A stretch of 64,000 bases of DNA from contig CANNBA010000012.1 in assembly GCA_947502765.1 (NCBI GenBank), positions 5,341 to 69,340 on the forward strand, given 5' to 3'. A program made the translations under genes and the position numbers. Source of the stretch: Flavobacteriales bacterium. GTDB lineage: Bacteria; Bacteroidota; Bacteroidia; Flavobacteriales; BACL11. The notes beneath the pieces were generated by a model that was not told the DNA's origin, made no database searches, and worked only from the letters and a program-made list of their open reading frames with translations. Positions 58,141 to 64,000 of the stretch are shown piece by piece (the stretch's first letter is position 1; every line of letters begins with the position of its first letter).

Positions 58141-58177
58141 ATGACTAGCAGGCAAGATAATACATCCATTTTAAAGC

Positions 58178-58205
58178 TTAACAATTAGTTAACAAATTCT
58201 TAACT
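58178..58205 (+). promoter_or_regulatory. Candidate Pho-box array: TTAACA, TTAACA, TTAACT direct repeats at exact 11-bp spacing
   Basis: Hexamers start at 58178, 58189 and 58200, with a degenerate fourth unit (TTACTT) at 58211. An 11-bp phase is the hallmark of OmpR/PhoB-family tandem binding sites. Confidence 0.5.
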
Positions 58206-58211
58206 TTAACT

Positions 58212-58219
58212 TACTTTTC
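58212..58219 (+). promoter_or_regulatory. -7-like box TACTTTTC abutting the repeat array (possible distal pstS promoter)
   Basis: One mismatch to TAnnTTTG. The block TAACTTTA..TACTTTT matches the porin promoter at 62800-62815 apart from 3 extra nt. Confidence 0.3.
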
Positions 58220-58445
58220 CGCAATATATTTTAGAAAATTTAACCAATTAAACAAATTTAAAAATTTATTATTGGATTAAAAAATAATTTATCACTTAAT
58301 AATAAAACTTAACAATTTGATAATATTAAATTGATATCTAATTAATACTGAATTAGATTTAATACAACATTTTTGTGCCAACAAAACAAGTAAGATTAAT
58401 TCTAAAAGTTTTGATTAATTAATGTTTAATATAAACTTACTTTAA

Positions 58446-59393
58446 ATGAAAAAATTTGGAAAAATTGGATTAGCATTCGGAACAATATTATTGTTTGCAT
58501 GCGGAGGTGGCAACGAAAAAGCAGCATTAAGTGGAAGTATCAGAATTGATGGATCTTCTACAGTTTACCCAATTACTGAGGCAATAGCTGAGGAATTTAG
58601 AGCCGATCAACCGGCTGTAAAAGTTACTATTGGAGTTTCAGGTACTGGTGGTGGATTCAAACAATTTGGAAAAGGGGAAATAGACATCTGTAATGCTTCT
58701 AGATTAATAAAAAGCAAAGAGGCTGATGCTTGTTCTCAAAACAATATTGATCATATTGGACTTTCTGTCGCTTATGACGGTTTAGCGGTACTAGTACACC
58801 CAAAAAACACTTGGGTTGATCATTTTACAACAGCAGAACTAAATAAAATATGGAACCCAGCAGCTCAAGGAACTATCCTGTACTGGGATCAAATTCGTGA
58901 GGGATGGCCCCATGAAGAATTACATTTGTTTGGTCCAGGTACTGCGTCAGGAACTTACGATTACTTTGCAGAAGTAATATGTGGGAAAGATGTGGGTACT
59001 CGTGGAGACTACACTGCCTCTGAGGATGATAATGTACTAGTTCAAGGTATTTCTACTGATAAAAATGGTCTAGGTTTTTTTGGACTAGCTTACTATCAAG
59101 AGAATAAAGATAAATTAAAATTAGTAGGGATTGATAATGGCAGCGGGGTTATAGCTCCTTCAATGGAAACGGTTAGTAACGGAACCTACGCCCCATTATC
59201 AAGACCAATTTTTATTTATGTTAGTAGTAAAGCTGCTGAGAATGCAGAAATTAACGAATTTGTAAATTACTATTTAGATATGGCTCCTTCATTAGTAGCG
59301 GAAGTAGGTTTTATTCCTTTAACTAATGATGAGTATGCATTAGAGAAAACAAAATATGCTGATTTTATTAAAAAATATTTTAAAACAAAATAA
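58446..59393 (+). CDS. pstS: Phosphate ABC transporter substrate-binding lipoprotein
   Basis: Lipobox LLFACGG; GSSTVYP and GVSGTGGGF motifs of PstS. Confidence 0.9.
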   Translation: MKKFGKIGLAFGTILLFACGGGNEKAALSGSIRIDGSSTVYPITEAIAEEFRADQPAVKVTIGVSGTGGGFKQFGKGEIDICNASRLIKSKEADACSQNNIDHIGLSVAYDGLAVLVHPKNTWVDHFTTAELNKIWNPAAQGTILYWDQIREGWPHEELHLFGPGTASGTYDYFAEVICGKDVGTRGDYTASEDDNVLVQGISTDKNGLGFFGLAYYQENKDKLKLVGIDNGSGVIAPSMETVSNGTYAPLSRPIFIYVSSKAAENAEINEFVNYYLDMAPSLVAEVGFIPLTNDEYALEKTKYADFIKKYFKTK

Positions 59394-59436
59394 TTATAAC
59401 CTATTTTTTAGAATTGCTTAAGAATAGCTTTTCTTT

Positions 59437-59467
59437 AAATCCTGACAACTTTTAGTTGTCAGGATTT
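59437..59467 (+). promoter_or_regulatory. Strong intercistronic hairpin between pstS and pstC
   Basis: AAATCCTGACAACT / AGTTGTCAGGATTT perfect 14-bp stem with loop TTT. It starts 44 nt after the pstS stop and ends 15 nt before the pstC ATG. Confidence 0.6.
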
Positions 59468-59481
59468 CTGCATTAATTAAT

Positions 59482-60360
59482 ATGAGTAAGAAGTCAGAAA
59501 AATTTATTGAATGGATACTAAAAGGTTGTGCACTTATAACCATCATGACCACTATTGGAATTATCTGGATTTTACTTTTCGAAAGTATCTCCTTTTTCAA
59601 AGAGGTCCCATTAAAAGATTTCTTAACAGATACTCAATGGACTCCATTATTTGCTGATAAACATTTTGGCATCATGCCTCTTCTTAGTGGAACACTTCTT
59701 ACCACTTTTATTGCAGTATCCATAGCATTGCCAGTGGGCTTAATTATTGCTGTTTACTTGAGCCAATATGCTCCAAATGGATTTCGAAAAACAGCAAAAC
59801 CATTATTAGAAATATTAGCAGCAGTCCCAACAGTTGTTTATGGATTTTTTGCTCTTGTCGTAGTAACTCCCTTTTTACAGAAACTAATTCCAAGTATGGC
59901 TGGTTTTAATGCATTATCTGCTGGAATTGTAATGGGGATTATGATTATTCCATTTATTAGTTCCTTGAGTGAAGATGCGCTACAAGCTGTACCAAAATCT
60001 TTGCGTGATGCTGCGTACGGATTAGGCTCTACTCGTTTGCAAACCTCATTTAAAGTAATGGTTCCAGCAGCAGCATCAGGAATTATTGTATCAGTAATAC
60101 TCGCTTTTTCTAGAGCTATAGGAGAGACTATGATTGTAGCTATTGCTGCTGGTCAACAACCAAGATTAACAGCTAATCCATTGGTTCCTATCGAGACTAT
60201 TACAACTTATATTGTACAAGTTAGCTTAGGAGATGTCCCCCATGGGACCTTAGAATATAAAACCATTTTTGCAGCAGGTATAGCACTTTTTGTTTTTACT
60301 TTTATATTAAACAACATTAGTTATTGGATAAGAATGAAATTCAGAGAGCAATATGACTAA
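59482..60360 (+). CDS. pstC: Phosphate ABC transporter permease PstC
   Basis: Six TM segments and the permease EAA-type loop (...AAYGLGSTRLQT...SRAIGETM). Confidence 0.9.
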   Translation: MSKKSEKFIEWILKGCALITIMTTIGIIWILLFESISFFKEVPLKDFLTDTQWTPLFADKHFGIMPLLSGTLLTTFIAVSIALPVGLIIAVYLSQYAPNGFRKTAKPLLEILAAVPTVVYGFFALVVVTPFLQKLIPSMAGFNALSAGIVMGIMIIPFISSLSEDALQAVPKSLRDAAYGLGSTRLQTSFKVMVPAAASGIIVSVILAFSRAIGETMIVAIAAGQQPRLTANPLVPIETITTYIVQVSLGDVPHGTLEYKTIFAAGIALFVFTFILNNISYWIRMKFREQYD

Positions 60361-61210
60361 TTCAGTAAAAAATAGAGTTAAAGACAAAATCTTTGAATAT
60401 ATAGGTATCACCTGTACTCTATTAGGGCTAGTAATACTTGCCATATTTATTGGTAATATTTTAATAGATGGTTTAGCTAGAATTGATTGGGAATTCATGA
60501 AAAATCTACCATCTAGAAAAGCTGCAAAAGCTGGAATTTTTACTGCATGGATTGGAACACTTTGGATACTAACTTTTACTTCCATCATAGCTCTTCCAAT
60601 AGGCCTAGCCGCTGCAATTTATTTGGAAGAATACGTAAAGAAAGGCAAATTAGCATCTTTATTAGAATTAAACATCTCTAATTTAGCCGGTGTTCCTTCT
60701 ATTATTTATGGTTTATTAGGTTTAGAAATTTTTGTACGTGTATTTAAGATGGGAAATAGCATTTTAGCTGGATCATTTACTCTTGCCTTACTTATTTTAC
60801 CAATTGTCATTGTATCTACACGAGAAGCAATTAGAGCAGTACCACCAAGTATTAAGGCTGCCTCTTTTGCACTAGGAGCAAGCAAATGGCAGACTATTTG
60901 GCATCAATTGCTACCAGCCTCTATGGGTGGTATTTTAACAGGAGTAATTTTAGCATTATCTAGAGCGATTGGAGAAACAGCTCCTCTTATTGTAGTTGGG
61001 GCATTAGCTTATGTGCCATTTGCGCCATCATCACCAATGGATGAGTTTACGGTTATGCCTATGCAAATTTTTAATTGGATTTCGCGTCCACAACATGAAT
61101 TCACTATTAATGCAGCTGCAGCAATTATTATATTATTATTAATTACATTTGTGATGAATGGAATAGCAGTTTATATTCGTAATAAATGGCAAAAGAAAAT
61201 TAGCTGGTAA
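60353..61210 (+). CDS. pstA: Phosphate ABC transporter permease PstA
   Basis: ASFALGASKWQT...SRAIGETAP motif. 8-bp overlap with pstC. Confidence 0.9.
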   Translation: MTNSVKNRVKDKIFEYIGITCTLLGLVILAIFIGNILIDGLARIDWEFMKNLPSRKAAKAGIFTAWIGTLWILTFTSIIALPIGLAAAIYLEEYVKKGKLASLLELNISNLAGVPSIIYGLLGLEIFVRVFKMGNSILAGSFTLALLILPIVIVSTREAIRAVPPSIKAASFALGASKWQTIWHQLLPASMGGILTGVILALSRAIGETAPLIVVGALAYVPFAPSSPMDEFTVMPMQIFNWISRPQHEFTINAAAAIIILLLITFVMNGIAVYIRNKWQKKISW

Positions 61211-61216
61211 AAAATT

Positions 61217-61984
61217 ATGAGAAAAGTACGCCAAAATATCTTTAATGTAAAAGGAGTTCATGTATATTATGACACTATGCACGCTTTAAAAAACATTAAT
61301 ATGGATGTAGAAAAAAATAGTGTAACTGCATTTATAGGGCCTTCGGGGTGTGGAAAATCTACTTTGTTGCGAACCTTTAATCGAATGAATGATTATATAG
61401 AATCATTTCGAATGGAAGGAGAAATTTTGATGAATGAACAAAGCATCTACAGCAATAACGTACAAGTAGACGAATTAAGAAAGACAATAGGAATGGTATT
61501 TCAAAAACCTAATCCATTTCCAAAAAGTATTTATGAAAATGTGATTTATGGCCTCAAAATTCAAGGAATAAAAGATAAAACCTTTCTTAACGAAAGACTA
61601 GAAAAATCTTTAACCCAGGCAGCTCTATGGGATGAAGTAAAAGATGATTTGCAAAAATCTGCTTTGGCTTTATCTGGAGGCCAACAACAACGTTTATGCA
61701 TCGCTCGCGCATTAGCAGTTGAACCTTCTGTGTTACTTATGGATGAACCAACCTCAGCATTAGATCCTATTGCAACAGCAAAAATTGAAGGGCTAATAGA
61801 TGAATTAAAAGAATTTTATACTATTATAATTGTTACTCACAATATGCAACAAGCCAATCGCGTAAGCGATAATACTGCTTTTTTCTATATGGGCGATTTA
61901 ATAGAATTCGGCAAAACAGAAGAAATATTCAAAAACCCTAAATTAGAACGTACTCAAAACTACATTACTGGTAGATTCGGATAA
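61217..61984 (+). CDS. pstB: Phosphate ABC transporter ATP-binding protein
   Basis: Walker [10 protein letters not shown], signature LSGGQQQRL, Walker B LLMDEP. Confidence 0.95.
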   Translation: MRKVRQNIFNVKGVHVYYDTMHALKNINMDVEKNSVTAFIGPSGCGKSTLLRTFNRMNDYIESFRMEGEILMNEQSIYSNNVQVDELRKTIGMVFQKPNPFPKSIYENVIYGLKIQGIKDKTFLNERLEKSLTQAALWDEVKDDLQKSALALSGGQQQRLCIARALAVEPSVLLMDEPTSALDPIATAKIEGLIDELKEFYTIIIVTHNMQQANRVSDNTAFFYMGDLIEFGKTEEIFKNPKLERTQNYITGRFG

Positions 61985-61994
61985 TTTTAAAAAT

Positions 61995-62651
61995 ATGAAA
62001 CTAATAGAACAAGAAATAAAAGACTTAAAACAAGAGCTACTAAGTATGTTCTTAGCCGTAAATAACCAATTAGTTAAAAGCGGGCAGGCTTTTTTAAATT
62101 TCGATAAAGATATCGCTTCTGAAATTTCTAATTCAGAGAAACGTATTAATGCTTTGGAATTAAAAATTGATAAAGATTGTGAAAATATTTTAGCATTACA
62201 CTCTCCGATATCTATTGATTTGCGATTTGTCTTATCCGTATTTAAAATCAATCATGAACTAGAACGAATAGCTGACATTGCAGATGGTATTGCTGCTTAT
62301 GTTAATGATTTAACCACCCCATTTCCAGAAAACGCTATCAATGATGTGCGAATTACTGAAATGTTTGGTCAATGTAAAGCGATGATGGAAAATGTTATAG
62401 AAGCTTTTGAAAATGAAGATACCGCTGTTGCTCGGAAAGTATTTAAACAAGATGAATTATTAAATGCTATTAATAAAGAAGGCAGTAGCAATATAATTAA
62501 AAATTACAATGAAAAAGATGCAAAAGCATTGTTTTTTTTATTGTCAAGTGTAAGGAAATTAGAGAGTGTTGGTGATTTAACAAAAAATATTTCTGAAGAA
62601 CTAATTTTTTCTATCGAATCTAAAGTTGTTAAGCACAAAAAAAATAAGTAA
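61995..62651 (+). CDS. phoU: Phosphate signalling complex protein PhoU
   Basis: Two PhoU repeats with the conserved E/D motifs (HELERIADIA, KLESVGDLTKNI); 218 aa. Confidence 0.9.
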   Translation: MKLIEQEIKDLKQELLSMFLAVNNQLVKSGQAFLNFDKDIASEISNSEKRINALELKIDKDCENILALHSPISIDLRFVLSVFKINHELERIADIADGIAAYVNDLTTPFPENAINDVRITEMFGQCKAMMENVIEAFENEDTAVARKVFKQDELLNAINKEGSSNIIKNYNEKDAKALFFLLSSVRKLESVGDLTKNISEELIFSIESKVVKHKKNK

Positions 62652-62748
62652 TTACAGGCATAAATATTTGAAAAGCAGATGGATTCCGCTTAACTGGATT
62701 ATTTTGGCATTTCAAAGACTTTCTTTATATAAAAAGAATACTAATAAA

Positions 62749-62765
62749 TTAACAATAGCTTAACA
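62749..62765 (+). promoter_or_regulatory. Candidate Pho box: TTAACA-N5-TTAACA
   Basis: Identical hexamers at 62749 and 62760 (11-bp spacing), the same hexamer as at 58178/58189. Confidence 0.5.
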
Positions 62766-62787
62766 CAAATAGTGCAATAAAATAATA

Positions 62788-62804
62788 TTAACTTCATAAT
62801 AACT
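62788..62804 (+). promoter_or_regulatory. Second candidate Pho box: TTAACT-N5-ATAACT, abutting the -7 box
   Basis: Hexamers at 62788 and 62799 (11-bp spacing), ending 3 nt before TACTTTTG. Confidence 0.45.
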
Positions 62805-62807
62805 TTA

Positions 62808-62815
62808 TACTTTTG
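62808..62815 (+). promoter_or_regulatory. Candidate -7 box TACTTTTG for the porin gene
   Basis: Exact TAnnTTTG, 24 nt upstream of ATG 62840. Confidence 0.45.
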
Positions 62816-62839
62816 ATGAAAATTAAATTTTAAAAAACT

Positions 62840-63799
62840 ATGAAAAAAACAATTTTATTACTTAGCGCAGCATTTATCACAGTAGCTAGTGCTTCTGCCC
62901 AAGAAGGAAAGCCTTCAGTTAAAATCTTCTCTAATTTCAATTATGACATGTCAACAGAAGAAGATGAAAATGCATTTAAAGCATTTGAAATTAAAAGAGC
63001 CTACTTAGGCTATTCGTACAAAATAGATGACCAATTCTCAACTGAAATTACTTTTGATGTAGGTAAAAATGATGAGGGAAGTTCATATACAGCATTTTTA
63101 AAAATTGCATCTTTACAATGGAAAGCTTGTGATGAACTAAGTATTAACTTTGGAATGGTTGGAACAAAAAATTTCAAGTTTATGGAGGGAGCTTGGGGAA
63201 GAAGATATGTTGAAAAATCTGCTCTAGATAAATACAAATGGGCAAGTTCTGCTGATGTTGGAGTTACGACAGATTATACATTTTCTGATAAAATCAGTTT
63301 GGATGCACAGGTAATAAATGGAGAAGGATTCAATAAACTCCAAGATTCAAACGGATTGTTTAGAGGAGGATTAGGACTAACCTATAAAGTTAATGAAAGT
63401 TTATCCTTAAGAGTGCAACAAGATCTTTCGCCAAGACCATTATATGATGATATGAGCGCCTCTCAAACAATTACCACAGGTGCAATTTCTTACACCAGCA
63501 ACAACATTACAATTGGAGCCGAAACTAATATGATGAGAAACTCTGGTAATGTTAAAGATGCTGAACAAGATATGATGTCTATTTATGGAGCCTACAAAAT
63601 GTCGGACAAATACACTGTTTTTGCAAGACATGATGATGCTTCAAAAACAAAAGAGCAGGGGAGCTTTACTGTTTACGGTATTGAAAGAAAAATGGCAAAA
63701 GGTGTTACTGTTGCATTAAACTTGCAATCTTGGACTGATTCAGCTGAAGGATCAGAAGCTGAAAACACACTATTTTTAAACTTAGAATACAAATTTTAA
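62840..63799 (+). CDS. Outer-membrane porin-like beta-barrel, candidate Pho-regulated (phosphate/anion) porin
   Basis: Signal peptide ending ASA; alternating beta-strand pattern; C-terminal LNLEYKF with a terminal Phe. Located after phoU behind Pho-box-like repeats. Confidence 0.55.
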   Translation: MKKTILLLSAAFITVASASAQEGKPSVKIFSNFNYDMSTEEDENAFKAFEIKRAYLGYSYKIDDQFSTEITFDVGKNDEGSSYTAFLKIASLQWKACDELSINFGMVGTKNFKFMEGAWGRRYVEKSALDKYKWASSADVGVTTDYTFSDKISLDAQVINGEGFNKLQDSNGLFRGGLGLTYKVNESLSLRVQQDLSPRPLYDDMSASQTITTGAISYTSNNITIGAETNMMRNSGNVKDAEQDMMSIYGAYKMSDKYTVFARHDDASKTKEQGSFTVYGIERKMAKGVTVALNLQSWTDSAEGSEAENTLFLNLEYKF

Positions 63800-63864
63800 T
63801 AAACAAAAGAATTTTATTAAAAAGTTCGAACTATGGCAAGAGAGGCCTACTATGTATATATTAC

Positions 63865-63896
63865 AAAAAAAACACCTATTTCATAAGTGTTTTTTA
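63865..63896 (+). terminator. Rho-independent terminator after the porin gene
   Basis: AAAACACCTAT / ATAAGTGTTTT stem (one mismatch) with loop TTC, followed by a T-run. Confidence 0.6.
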
Positions 63897-64000
63897 TACA
63901 AAAAGACAAAAAGAATAAGTTCTTTTAATTGTTTTCGGAGTTATTTAACCAATGAACCTTAGTGCACTAAGGCCTACTAACAATGTCTTTTTTTGAAGTA

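Noticed and set aside
58422-58445. Seven-codon mini-ORF (MFNINLL-stop) ending immediately before the pstS ATG, considered as a leader peptide.
   Set aside because: In sequence this AT-rich, a short ATG...TAA pair is expected by chance. There is no evidence of conservation or of a ribosome-stalling motif.
59418-59600. 60-aa minus-strand ORF.
   Set aside because: It spans the pstS-pstC hairpin and the pstC start on the opposite strand. It is likely spurious.
60307-63631. Minus-strand ORFs 60307-60588, 61943-62251, 63010-63237 and 63440-63631.
   Set aside because: They are antisense to pstC/pstA, pstB/phoU and the porin gene, and have no independent support.
1-64000. Looked for rRNA, tRNA, CRISPR arrays, transposases/IS ends, integrases, phage genes and recognisable defence-system genes (nucleases, helicase-nuclease pairs, reverse transcriptases, toxin-antitoxin pairs).
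   Set aside because: None seen. All intergenic gaps are under 330 bp and AT-rich, with no tRNA-like GC-rich segments. No spaced short repeats were found. Every large ORF has a housekeeping, envelope or metabolic assignment. A computational tRNA/ncRNA scan was not possible, so small RNAs cannot be excluded.

Overview
Low-GC, densely coding chromosomal window from a Bacteroidota (Flavobacteriia-like) genome. The lineage call rests on an sprA-sized T9SS translocon gene, T9SS C-terminal sorting domains, an alternative complex III operon, and TAnnTTTG -7 promoter boxes just upstream of many start codons. I saw no rRNA, tRNA, CRISPR array, transposase/IS or phage genes. Layout: (1) gcvP (5' part, missing from the ORF track) and a DEAD-box helicase. 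(2) A single ~18.8 kb minus-strand gene array (4062-22847). It holds a Wzx/Wzy-type polysaccharide locus with three full and one truncated sulfotransferase genes, gmhA/gmhB, cysQ, and a deoC plus ALDH plus half-ALDH trio at its 5' end. A divergent cysC-cysD-cysN PAPS module (22948-25739) faces it. (3) tonB-like, gcvH, sprA, ruvA. (4) An accessory cluster (34762-43915): a Cys-rich T9SS cargo, two tandem secreted thioredoxin-fold T9SS cargos (the second has one in-frame TAA), then a tightly packed operon of TlpA-like reductase, three outer-membrane proteins, a CPNC lipoprotein and ubiX. (5) ruvB, alternative complex III actABCDEF, nifU-like/mrp, trmB. (6) The Pho region: phoR/phoB-like pair, pstSCAB-phoU and a porin, with 11-bp-phased TTAACA direct repeats at two promoters. 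The best candidates for something undescribed are the self-contained sulfated-polysaccharide island and the multi-compartment thioredoxin-fold envelope cluster. Both functional readings are inference from gene content, motifs and adjacency. No database search was possible.
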